Of a stretch of 64,000 nucleotides of DNA, positions 15,997 through 27,260 are shown piece by piece (positions within the stretch are counted from its first letter, which is position 1; each line of letters opens with the position of its first letter). Source of the stretch: Gracilinanus agilis (taxonomy: Eukaryota); NCBI RefSeq assembly GCF_016433145.1, contig NC_058136.1:59665716-59729715 (forward strand), given 5' to 3'. Position numbers and translations under genes: made by a program. Under the pieces are notes generated by a model that was not told where the DNA came from, did not search any database, and worked only from the letters and a program-made list of their open reading frames with translations.

Positions 15997-16100
15997 CTGT
16001 ACAAGGCTCTGGCTATCCGGCGCCGCAGTCTTCGGTGCTGGCACGGGCACTTGCCGCTCCGCTAGCCGGCTCGGAGCCCACACTAAGCAGAGCACGGCTA
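15997..16100 (-). ncRNA. Putative exon 1 of a divergent antisense transcript
   Basis: Near-consensus donor CAG|GTAAGG on - at 15997|15996, plus a second AAG|GTAACG near 15950. No ATG in the exon; lies inside the CpG island. Confidence 0.4.
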
Positions 16101-16379
16101 GCTCTCGGAAACCGATTTTGAAAACTGCCACCGGAGAAAGGGACCCGTCAGTGATTGGTCTTTGGCCAGCCAATCCCTGCGCCAGGCCTCCACAATTCTG
16201 TGACCTCGGTCCAGGCGGAGTCGCTGGGCTTTTTAAAATTGAGCTCAGCAGCCAATGGGAAAGAAGCTTGGACCGCAGGGGGCGTGTCCACGAAGTGTGC
16301 CGGTGTTCGTGACGTCAGGAGGAGGAGAGGCACGGGGGCAGGGGCGGGGGCGGGGGCGGGCGTTATTTAAATAACTCTC

Positions 16380-16482
16380 TCTAGGGCTAGCGCCGCAGTT
16401 CCCAGCTCTCCGGTTGTGTGAGTCCTTCCCTAGGCGTCCCGGCGGCCCTGGGCTACTTCGGCTCCGCGGTGACGTTTGTGCG
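16380..16482 (+). other. CCNB3: Putative non-coding exon 1 of CCNB3
   Basis: Lies downstream of the TATA/CHR-like motif and ends at donor GCG|GTAAGG (16482|16483); no ATG. The TSS position is approximate. Confidence 0.55.
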
Positions 16483-16799
16483 GTAAGGTATCTCAGAATC
16501 CGTTGCTTGCAACTCGCCTGCGGGCAGTTTCTGAGCGGTGGGGTTGGGATACCCCATTCTAAGCCTAGAACACTGCGCTCGCGGAAGGAGTCTGTCTCTT
16601 CCTGGCCTGCCCTTTAAGGTTTTGTATGGAAACCAAAATGTTCCACCCTGGTCCGTTTTAGTATTTGTCCTGGGCCGTCCTCAACTATTATGTGACAGGA
16701 CTCTGGTGCACTTGGCTCTATGTTGCCCATTCTCCATAACTTCGACAGTGAAGGGAGTGGAACATTTTTTATAGAGGTCTCATGTCTAAAATCTAGAGA

Positions 16800-17560
16800 A
16801 CGTCGTCCTATTTATGGGAATAGGAGCCATCCGCCAGTGGAGAAATGGGCAAAAGATAAGAAGAGTTTGGGGGTGAAGACGTCGTAGCCATCTACAGGTA
16901 TATTAACAAATGCTCTAGATTGCAATTAGGAAAATGCAAACCACAACAATTATGAGATAGCTCACAACCTTCAGATTGACTAAAATAATAAGTGGCGGGG
17001 CTGTGGGGAAATGGGGGAACTAAAAAACTCTTAGTGGAACTGTGAACAGATCCAACCATTTCGGAGAGCAATTTGGCATGACACCCCTCAGAGAGCTATA
17101 AAAGACCCAGTGATACTATCACCGCGTCTGTTTCCCTAGGAGATGAGGGGAAAAGGAAAAAGAACCCGGATGTTCTAAAACATTGAGAGTAGCTCTCTGT
17201 GGTGGCAAAGAACTGGAAATTGAAGGGATATCCATCAGTTGGGGAATGGCTGGACAAATGATAGTAGATGACTATGATAAAATGCGACTCATCTTATCTT
17301 GTGCGCATTAATTTTTTTTAAAAAACTCAAAAAGAACTAGGCAGGATAATGATCAGCAAAATGAGTAGAACCAAGATAACATTATATGCTGCTACAGATT
17401 TAATAATTGAAGAATAACTTGTGACTAGCACCTCCCTCCAGGTGATGAACTGCAAAAAGAAACTGGCAGAATTCATTTATATGAATCTGTTTACTAGAAG
17501 GTGGGGGGAGGGGAAGGAGGGGTTAAGACACTTGTAAATAAATTCTATTAATAAAAAAAT
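16800..17560 (+). mobile_element. L1 3' fragment (degraded ORF2 end/3'UTR)
   Basis: Marsupial L1 motifs (gtggaactgtgaacagatccaaccattt, gtggtggcaaagaactggaaattg) and an A-rich tail. Confidence 0.8.
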
Positions 17561-17599
17561 ATATTTTTTAAGGCAGCGAAAAGAGTGGAGGGGACACAG

Positions 17600-17810
17600 G
17601 CATTTATTAAGCACTCACTGTGTGCTAAGCACAATGCTAAGCCCTTTCCAAAAATCTCATTTGATAGTCATGGCAACCCTAGGAGGTTAGACAGTACATT
17701 ATCCCCATTTTATGGATGAAGAAACTGAGGTAGATAGGTTAAGTGACTTGCCCAGAGTCACCCAGTAAGAGTCTGAGATCAGAAGCCCAACAGTAGACTG
17801 TGCCACTAAT
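17600..17810 (-). mobile_element. CORE-SINE (MAR1/MIR type)
   Basis: Core gaaactgagg...aagtgacttgcccagagtcac with a catttattaagcac tail. Confidence 0.8.
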
Positions 17811-19534
17811 GCCCAGAGAGGATAATTGGATCAGGATCTGGTGTGGCCCTAAAATATCAAAAGGGAAATAACTTCAAGCAAGACCCTGATCTACTCTAGA
17901 TCTCAGTGCTCATTAGTAGAATTAGTGGGTCAGACTAGAAAACCTCTAAGGACTCTTCCCCAACTTTAGAATCCTATGAGTCTATGGATAGTGACCCACA
18001 ATCCTCTATTCTCTTCCCACATCCTTAATTCCCTCATTAGTCATTCCTTTGGGTTATAATTCACTTGTTGCCCCTGAGGAAAAAGAAAACAATCCCATGA
18101 TCAGACAGTCACTAGAACATGGCAGACCTATGGCCCAAAGAGCACTCTCTGTGGTCGCATGGCAGCCCTGCCCCCACTGAGTTCATGTTGATTACTAGAA
18201 AGGCTGAAGGACTCAGGCGGAGCATTTTACTGGGCTGGACTGAGACCCCCAAACTAGGGGCCTTATACCAAGATGCAGTGATAGAGGCTAAATAGAGGCA
18301 GACAAAGGGCTGTCAGGGGAACCTTGGCTAGGCGGGTGGGAGGTAGAAAGGAGAATCCTTTGAGTTAGAGGTATCAGAGAAAGCTGTATAATAGAAATGA
18401 GCCTGGAGGTCAGCCTGGAAGAAAAGGAGGAGGGAACACATCTCAGACATGGAGGCTGCTCTGAGCCAGTACATAAAGATGGAAGAAGTACCAGGCCCTG
18501 GTGTTGTGTCAGTTATCCCAGGCGTTAGAACAAGAGTGGCATGACCCCCCTGGGCTTCAGGAGTAGCGTTTCAGTCTCTGGGCATCTGGGAGAAAAGAGA
18601 GAGTGAGAGTGGAGGCAGAGACCAAGGAAGAAGCTGTTGAGTAGTCCAGGTGAGAGGTCATAGGGTCTGGCCTCACAGCAGAAAACTGGATTGTGAGTCT
18701 GCATCTGTCTCATTCTTTACCATTAAAAGATGCCCAGCAACTCGGAGAGCTAGACAATGAATTAATTTACAGCTAAAGCCATTAGACAGAATGAGAACAT
18801 AAGCGCACTGGCCTCTCTCTTTCTTGTTCTGCCCCCAGCTTCCCCCCCCCCCCAGAGATTCAGACCCAGATCTGCTGGAAACTAGGAGAATTCTGGGAGC
18901 TGGCAGATGGGACCTATGGGGAGAAACCCACACTGTCAGGCCTGCCATGGGCCTGGAAACAATGCCCTTCCTGGAACCTAGTACAAAGATAATTAGATAC
19001 AAGGGATTGTTCTGGTGAACAAAGAATAAAGGCTGGGAGTAGTACAAGCACTAGGGGAAATGCCTTTCACCGAAGGGTGAGCCTTTAAGCATTGAAGATA
19101 AGGGACCTGTGAGGTAAAGAGAGACCTGGGGGACAAAGCCACACCCCTCCCAGGCTCCGTTGGCTACAGAGAATTGTGAATTGGTACTGATGGGCAGTCC
19201 GGCTAGAAAACAGTCCTGGAAGCCAAACGGAGAAGGGCCTCAAAAGCTAGGCTAAGGGGTAGCCATGTTGTCTTGGAAGCAACAGGGAGCCCTTGAAGGT
19301 TGCTGAATACTGCTCTGCCATGGGAAAGCTCTCTCAGATACTATTAGATGCTTATTGGGCCTACATGTAACCAGGACCCCTAAACTGAGGGTGCCAAGGG
19401 CCAACAAATGATGCTCCTTTGGCAAAGCTTCATCAAAGGGTGTTTCCAGTCTTCAAATGAGCCCTACTCTACTCTGGGTGGTGTCACTTTAGGGGAGATG
19501 AAAAATGTCATAGGGCAGGAATGGCATTCCTATT

Positions 19535-19983
19535 GAGAGTTCTCGGGCCTCCCCTAGCCAATTCCCTTCTCCCCCACCAACACCCCATGTGCCCACACCT
19601 TTCCCACCCCTTGCCACCTGAGATCCTGGCTCCCAGCAATGAGGAGCCCTTGGGGTGGACCAGCACATCTGAAGCAGGAGCTTCCCTCTCTTCCTTGGNG
19701 CCAACCACTCACTGTCCCAGCCTAAGGGGCATTTGCCCTTGCCTTCACCTCTTCAGGAGGTCTAAAAGGGCATCAGTCACAGGAGAAGAGGTTGAGTTCC
19801 CTGAAATTGGTGGCTGAGAGTTCTCAGGCCTCCCCTAGCCAATTCCCTTCTCCCCCACCAACACCCCATCCCCATGTGCCCACACCTTCCCCCCCTTGCC
19901 ACCTGAGATCCTGGCTCCGAGCAATGAGGGGCCCTTGGGGTGGACCAGCACATCTGAAGCAGGAGCTTCCCTCTCTTCCTTGG
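19535..19983 (+). repeat. Direct duplication of ~165 bp (19535-19698 and 19816-19983)
   Basis: Near-identical copies gagagttctc...cttccctctcttccttgg; the first copy ends at a single N (19699). Confidence 0.9.
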
Positions 19984-20714
19984 GGAGCTCCCATCCAGAT
20001 GCCAACCTTTCTCTTATTGTTCTTCGGAATGACAGGATGGGTATCCAGGGTGACAGTCAAAACATAGCTCTCAGCCTCCTCACCTGGGCTGCTGATCTTC
20101 TGGACTGTGGCTGCCTATTTGGGGTACATGGTCTAATCTTTCCCAAGTTGGAACGTTGGGCGGCTCTGCTCAGAATGGAAAATCCCCAAACACCATTTCC
20201 CCTTCCTTGGCCCGTCTGCTCCCCCTGGGGATTCCCTGTCATGTGTGTCTGCTCTTTGCTTTCCTAGGCTGAGGCAGCTGGGATTGCTCTTTCAGGGACT
20301 ATTTCCAGGGGGCACAGAAGGGAGGAAGGTGCCAAATGAAGGAAGGCCCTATTTGTAGTTTCAAGTATCTCAAGTGGACCCTCCCCAAAGTGGCATCAGC
20401 CTTGGCATATCGCCCCACTCACCTCCACGGTTCACACTCTCCTACCACCTTCTTGCTCCCATGTGCCCTCTGTCTGAAAGTCCCTTTCCCTATTGCAGCA
20501 TCTTGAATTTAGCCCTGAACCATAAAGGTCTCCTCCCGATGCCAGGAATTGTGATGTAGCCCAGGGCGTCATGGATACCCTTTGTCCCTCACATGCCCTT
20601 GTTTCCTCATCAGAATGGCATCATCACCTACCTCCAGACATACACAAATGTGTGCAGATATGGTGATTGGCAAACCTTGTAGCTCTTTCCTTATATGGTA
20701 GGGAGGGGGACCAG

Positions 20715-20942
20715 CAGTTATTAAATGCCTTCTATATGCCAGGCACTGGGCTAAGTGCTTTTTTGCTTTTAAACCCTCCCCTTCTGTCTCGGAACCCCTA
20801 CAAGTATCAGTTCCAAGGCAGAAATACAGGAAGGGTCAGGCCACTGGGATGGAGTGGCTTGCCCAGGGTCACAACTAGGAAGTGTCTGAGGCCCCATTGG
20901 AGCCCTGGTCCTCCCGACTCCAAGCCTATTCACTGAGCCATT
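20715..20942 (-). mobile_element. CORE-SINE (opossum type)
   Basis: gcttgcccagggtcacaactaggaagtgtctgagg...cactgagcca. Confidence 0.75.
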
Positions 20943-21639
20943 CTGACCGATAGATCGATAGCTAGGTGGAAGCCAGCCATACTAGAGCTTGCTCCTCAGG
21001 CCAGGTAGAACTGGGCAGGGGTCCCTGGGGGCAGTTCTTCTCCCCTGGCTTTTCCAATGATAAAATCATACCTCTTTCTGCTGATGGGTCATTTGACAGT
21101 GCCAAGGTCACTGGCGAGGGAGCACTCTGTTAGATGGGCTGCTGAGGAGGTTTTGATTTCCAGGCCTGGAGCCCTTGAAAATGAGCATCTCCAAAGGGAT
21201 CCAGCCCCTCCTATGTGACGTTGGAGGCAAGGCTAGCTTTAGAGCCCATGATCTACGAAGAGAGCGCCCCCTGCTTTGCTCAAGCCCTCTTGTGACCAGG
21301 ATGATGCTAACTTGGAGTTTTAACTCTAAATCTGGGTTCCCGGCTTCCTGTGGAGTTAGGTGCCCAAGGGCAGATCTAGCCTGGAAGTTAGGGGAGAGGA
21401 CCTGACCTCTGGGGAGCTGGCCCAAAAGGGAGTGGGCCGACCCTAAGCTGCCTCAGTGTGGTGGTTTGGCCACATTTGGTATCCTAGAGCAGAGGCTGAA
21501 CAACCCCTTTGGGCGATACAGTGGTTGCAGATAGACATTCCCAGACAGCTTCAGGATGGATTAAAAGAAACAGTCCCGAGGGGCCCTGACCACCCAGAGA
21601 CTCTCACTCGGGACAGGCACCCAAACCCAGTAAGGGAAC

Positions 21640-21960
21640 AAAGGACGCGGCTGGCATGGGGCTGCTCAGGGCAGCTGTCTAACTTGAGTCTTTGTGGGGG
21701 CCCTGGGAAGCTGATCTATACACCACCGGGTTCAGAAACAGACCTGTGGAATTCAGGGGGGGGGGTTCCCAAGCTCAGGAGTTCAGCCAGTGCTTGTGCC
21801 TCTGACCCCTCAGGCCCCAGGCCGGAAGAAAAAGGTGAACACACAAAGGCAATGATGTCAGATAGTCCAGAGCAGAGCCCACTGGGCTTCCCCAAGTGAT
21901 GAGCATTTCAATTACTTTAATAATTACTCTAGCGCAGATTGAATTGGTTTGTTAGCAATC
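21640..21960 (+). repeat. Paralogous unit A
   Basis: Shares gggcagctgtctaacttg, acagacctgtggaattcag (21738-21756) and downstream blocks with units B-D. Confidence 0.8.
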
Positions 21961-22079
21961 AATAGAAAGACTCTTCCTAGGGGAAGGGGCCAAACTCTCT
22001 GAGGTTCCCTAATCCCAGCTGGTGCAGCCTGGGTCCCTCTACTCTAGCCCAGACAAAGTGCCAATCTGTGGCCAATATG

Positions 22080-23340
22080 GCAGCAAAGGAAAATAAATAA
22101 ATAATAATAATAAATGTTGGAGGGGATGTGGCAAAATTGGGACATTCATGCATTGCTGGTGGAGTTGTGAACTGATCCAACCATTCTGGATGGCAATTTG
22201 GGACTATGCCCAAAGCGCTCTAAAAGACTGCCTGCCCTTTGGTCCAGCCATACCATTGTTGGGTTTGTGCCCCAAAGAGATCATAAGGAAAAATACCTGT
22301 ACAAAAATATTTATAGCTGCTCTTTGTGGTGGCAAAAAATGGGAAAATGAGGGGGTGTCCCTCAATTGGGGAATGGCTGAAGAAACTGTGGTGTCTGCTG
22401 GTGAAGGAATACTATTGTGCTCAACGGAATGATGAACTGGAGGAATTCCATGTGACCTGGAAGAGTGAAAGGAGCAGAGCCAGAAGAACATCGTACACAG
22501 AGACGGATACACTGTGGCACAATTGAATGTGAGGGACTTCTCTACTAGCAGCAATGCAATGACCCGGGACAATTCTTGTGAGAAAGAACGCTATTCGCAC
22601 CCAGAGAAAGATCTGTGGGAGTGGAAACGAAGAAGAAAATGATGACTTTAAATGATGGCTCTAGTGCAAATATTAATAATACGGAAATAGGTTTTGAACA
22701 ATGATATGTGTAAAACCCAGTGGGATTGCTCATTGGCTGTGGAAAGAACATGAATCCTGGGTCAACTTGGAATCTAGAAACTCCACGTTTGTAGCCACAG
22801 ATCTGAAGACCCCCAGGTCTGACCTTGTCACATGAGAGTTTCTTCCAGACTCAGAGTTTCAGACTAACCGTAGACCTTAAAGTACTTGGCAGTCCCCTTA
22901 GGGTGGGGCTAACAACCTAACCATGGTAAATACCCTTTGGCCCATTGTGTCAAAGTCCTTTCTCAGGTAGCCCAGCCCTTGGCAGGATCTCTCCCTTCTG
23001 TGTCCATTGTAAAGATCAACCTCTTCCTGATAATCCTGTTTTGAACTTCTCTTTTCTTTGTAGCCATTGTAAAACCAATCCACCATCCTCCCCAGGCCTC
23101 AGTTCCCCAACAGGTATATAAACTCCCCCAATTCTCTGGCTCAATGATACCCCCAGGGATCCTGTGTGGTTTGGGGCCCATGACTCTGTGTGGAGGCCTA
23201 AATGTTGCACACTAACCCTCTCCTGATTAAAGACTTGGTTTTTCTAACTAATAATTCTGTGTTTTTTCCAAGTCAACACACATAACCATGGAAAAATATT
23301 CTAAATGAATTGAAGAAAAATTGAAAAGGAAAAAAAGTGC
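22080..23340 (+). mobile_element. L1 3' fragment interrupted by a solo LTR
   Basis: L1 ORF2-end motifs at 22130-22500. The L1 3'UTR sequence gaacatgaatc|cataaccatggaaaaatattc is split by an insertion at 22758-23278. Confidence 0.8.
22758..23278 (+). mobile_element. Solo ERV LTR (~520 bp)
   Basis: TG...CA ends with imperfect terminal IR (tgggtcaacttggaa / ttccaagtcaaca), TATA box tatataaa at ~23116 and ATTAAA at ~23227. Confidence 0.7.
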
Positions 23341-24463
23341 CCGCCTGGTGCCAGGCCCTGTCCCAAGTGCTAGGGACGCGTAGAGACAAACCCCCAAATA
23401 CCTGGTCTTTCCTGTGCTCAAAACTCCTCAGACTCTAGCGCAGTAGGCAGCAAATCAGTCTCGAAAGCTGAAGGTTCCGAGTTGGATCCCTGAAAGGGGG
23501 ATGTGGTTCACTGGGAGAAGCTTAAGGCAAAAAGAGTCACTTAGCCTTACCTTAGGGTCCATTATTCAGTCTGCAACTGCTAGCCTGAGATTCCCTTCAG
23601 GGTGGATTCTCAGGGGAACAGGAAACAAGGACAAGCTTTGGGGTCTCCCACTTACAAGCTAGTCCTGAAACTTGGGGTTCATCAGATCCCACCAGGCCAC
23701 AAGTTTGGGGTCTCTAGATTCCACGCCAACACCCCCCACCCCACACTCTTACACTCATAGCCCTCTCCAAGCACAGTATGTGTCAGTCATTGGGTTTTAC
23801 AGCCCAGTGGGTCCATGAAGGTGTGCTAAGTAAGATCAGTCTTCGGAATCACCCGACCTGGGTTCTCATTCCCAGCTCCGCCAGCTTCTACCTCTGTGGT
23901 TCTGTCTTGTCACTTCATCTCGGAGAGGAGTTTCTTGGTCTGTTGAAGGGATGAATGGAGGACAAAGCATTTATGAAGGGCTTTCTGTGTGCCAAGTACT
24001 GGGCTCTGCCCAAGGGAGTCCAAGTAGAAAAGCCAGCCAGTCTTTGCTCTTCAGGAGCTCCTACTCTGATAGGGGATGGTCTCAGCTCCAGGGCAGGTGG
24101 CAGTGGGCCAGGGCCAGGGGGCAGTTCCCAAGCAGATGGCATTTCCCGTGATAAAACCACAGCATCCCCCCCTTGGCGTCTCGATCCTTGAGAGAATCAG
24201 GAATTTTCTTGGTGAAATCTTTCTTAGGTAGGTTTTGAATGTCTGCTGGACACATAGGCCCCAGCTGCCATACCCTCAGGTAGAGTTGTTGGGTCAGCTC
24301 TCCTCAGGGTGGCAATGGGGGCCAATAGCCAGGAGTTTGGGGCCGGATGTCCACACAGGGGTCTGATAGGACATGGTGACGAGAGTGCTTTCTTTGGCCT
24401 GGAAACATACCCTCTTTCTCCCCTTAGAAAGCATCATGACTTGAGTTGGCTGTGTTTAGCTCC

Positions 24464-24479
24464 CCAGCAGATGGCAGCA
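24464..24479 (+). promoter_or_regulatory. CTCF-consensus motif
   Basis: CCAGCAGATGGCAGCA matches the CTCF core CCASYAGRKGGCRS; motif match only. Confidence 0.35.
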
Positions 24480-24979
24480 GTGGCCAGTTAGGGTAGATGG
24501 TAGTGGGGACGCCAGGCTCTTTCTCCACCGGAGTTAATCCTGTCTAAGAGGACAGCAGAGACTAGGCTGGAAGGGGCCCAGGGAGTGAGTAGCAGCAGCT
24601 GGCTTTCCCAAGGCTCTGGGGGTCAGGATGACCCTACACCTCCTTTTCTCTCTTCATCTGTACCTCCATCATTTTGTGAAGTGCCTTAGGGGCAAGAACT
24701 CTCTCAAGAGACCATGAGCGTCCCCTTGGACCAGTCCCTTTAATGAAGGCCAGATGATGACTTTGGGGCTGGGGGAAGGGAGAGAGGTTTCTCAGGTAGG
24801 TCCAAGATTGACTGATGTCCCCACAGGTCTCCTGCCATCCTGGGAATCTTTGATTCTGTGTTGGGCTAACGGGACAAAATAACTGACATTCTGCAGCCCG
24901 ACTTCCAAGGTGCTCAGGGGGACTGCCTAATCGGGGGCTTTGCCGGGGGACCCTAAGAAGGGCTCATTGACTGACTGAT

Positions 24980-25280
24980 TCTCTGGTCAGACCGTTTGGA
25001 CAGGAAGACAGAGACCTATCTGTGGAATTCGGTGGCCACACGTGCTTGGCCCAAATCAGAGGGGGTCACGGGTCTTATTTGTTCTCCTTCCCACTCAGTT
25101 CAATGGGCAGGAGACAGATGGTCAGTCGGGAACAACCCGTGATGCTCCCGCAAAGGCAGCGAGGTTAGGAGCCCTGGGCAGGGAGCAGGCCTCCCCAGAT
25201 CATAAACATCGAATCCATTTTCATTTCCCCAACCCAAGTTTCCAGTGGCCCTAGATTGAATGGCTGTATTAACTCAAAGA
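24980..25280 (+). repeat. Paralogous unit B
   Basis: cagaccgtttggacaggaagacagagacctatctgtggaattc and the downstream block align with unit C. Confidence 0.8.
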
Positions 25281-26089
25281 AGAGAATTTTCCAGGGGGAA
25301 ATGGCCAGGCATCTCTGGGGTCCCCCAAAGCTACAGTCCTGACAGTTCAGTTCATTTCAAGAAGCACCGTAATCTGATGCCAGGCATGGTCCTAGGTAGA
25401 AGGCGTACGTTCAGACAAGATCCGAAACAGGCAGCTTGAAACCCTCTAGGGACAGGGAGCTTCCCAGAAGCTCCCTCTTCCTCCAGGCACCAGCCCTCTT
25501 GGTTCTTAAAACCCAGGCCATAGGTGTCCTTCTCCAGCAAACGCTCTGGACCCCAGCGTTCTCCCTCTTCTACTTGCCGAGCCCTTCCAGGATGACAGTC
25601 CCTCACCCTGCCTCAGCCCAGGCCCAGAGGCTTAGAACTATGTCTCTTCCCTAACCTCACTCTATTCCCCTTCATGTACCCCCGGGTTATTGCCAGCTCA
25701 GCTCTGACTACAACATGTGGTTTCCTACCTCTGGGCCTTTGTCCATGCTGCCCAACCCTTCTGGAAACTTCACCACTTGGATTCAGTCCTATTTGTGTTT
25801 AAAGGCCACAGTCATGAGCCATCTCCTGTAGAAAACCTTTCGGGGGTTTCCTGACTAGTCTTTCCCTCTTCTCCCATTCTTTATAGCACTTTCTCATGCT
25901 GCTTGCTGGGCATTACCACCAGACCTGTGTGTGGGCTCTAAAACAATTACGGCCTTTGCCCCATCCCCAAGGGCCAGGACCCTGCCTCCTCTTCTCTCTC
26001 ACCCCTGCCTACAAGCTGTAGCTGGATGCCCAGAGGGTGGGTGATAGGGTGCTGGAGTCTTGGTAGAGCACAAAGAAGGTTAGGGATTG

Positions 26090-27130
26090 GGAGGCAGAAG
26101 ATGTACATTCAAATCCCATCTCCTTTTCTTTTAACAACTCTTGTGATTTCTGGAAAAGGTACAGAACTGTCTTGGGGCCTTAGTTTCTTTCTTTGAGAAA
26201 TAAAAGGCTCATACTAGAAGACCTCTGAGGTCCCCTCTTGCTCTAAATCCACAATTCAAGAGAACAGATTGCAAGTGTGTGGCCTGTTGGAAAGGGAATT
26301 CAACGTGTTGTCAGGGAGAACAGGAAATGAACTGAACATTTTGTCAAAAGATGGCTTAGTCCTGAGGAGAGGGGATTTTGACCAAAAAGGATGGGAGAGA
26401 GCCTCGCCGAAGCCTTATTTGGTGGTGTTGCCTTTACCTTGTGTGCTCTTAAAAAGCCTGCCAGCTGCAGCCCAGGCGCCTAAGTAATGACTCAAGTTAG
26501 TTGGATCTCGCTTTATAAACTCTCAACTCTCCAAGGTTTTTTCCTAACCGAGACCCTCCCCAGGTTTAAACCCCCTTCCTTGCCAAGAGAGCCTTAGTTC
26601 TCCCTTAGCCAAGTCTCCCCATGCCCATAGCTACTCCTTTGTCCCCTCAGATCCTAAGGGCCCTGTGGTAGACTACCACATCTGAACCAGAGCTGGCACT
26701 TTCCCACCCAGATGTTGACCTCTTCTTCTTTTCCCTGCCATCTCTCTCTAGAATGACAGGCTTGGGGTCCAGAGTTCTCCCACCTAGCTCTCTAGCAGCT
26801 CAGGGCAGCTGGCTAACTTGGAGCTTTGCTGGCAGCTGGGCACTGGGACCTTGTGTTTTCAGATGGTTTGGACAAGAGGACAGACACAGACCTGTGGAAT
26901 TCAGGGTCCATTGGTGCTGTTTCCCACTCAGGGGACTGAGATGTTCAGGGATTCAGTCCCTGCTTATTCTCTTCTCCCCTCAGTCACTGGGAAGGAAGCA
27001 AATGGTCACTAGGGAACAGCAGTGAGGCCGGGCAGCTCTGGGCCATGAGCGTGGGGCTCCCCCAAATGATATAAGCATTGAATTCACTTGAATCGCTCTA
27101 ATCAGAGTTACCAAAAGCCCTGTAACTATG
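26090..27130 (+). repeat. Paralogous unit C (includes MIR remnant)
   Basis: MIR plus flank at 26090-26300 matches 28050-28270; 26640-26790 matches 19900-20060; the core at 26860-26904 matches A, B and D. Confidence 0.8.
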
Positions 27131-27260
27131 GTAATCTTTCCCCCTGCTCATCCCCAACAACTGCACAAAGTGTGACCCAGTCCTCATCTCCCCCCATAAC
27201 TATCCACTATCACTTCATACGTTCCTCTAAGGCAGTGATGGCGAACCTATGGCACGGGTG

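Larger units (their letters stand above)
15765..16540. promoter_or_regulatory. CpG island / probable bidirectional promoter of CCNB3
   Basis: Dense CpG in an otherwise CpG-poor window. CCAAT boxes at 16154-16158 (reverse), 16170-16174 and 16252-16256; CRE TGACGTCA at 16310-16317; tandem GC boxes at 16341-16360; TATTTAAATA (CHR/TATA-like) at 16364-16373. Assignment to CCNB3 is inference, since a gap lies between. Confidence 0.8.

Noticed and set aside
26880-26910. miR-146-like sequence (CTGAATTCCACAGG) on -
   Set aside because: It lacks the miR-146 5' seed region (UGAGAAC), and the minus strand folds poorly.
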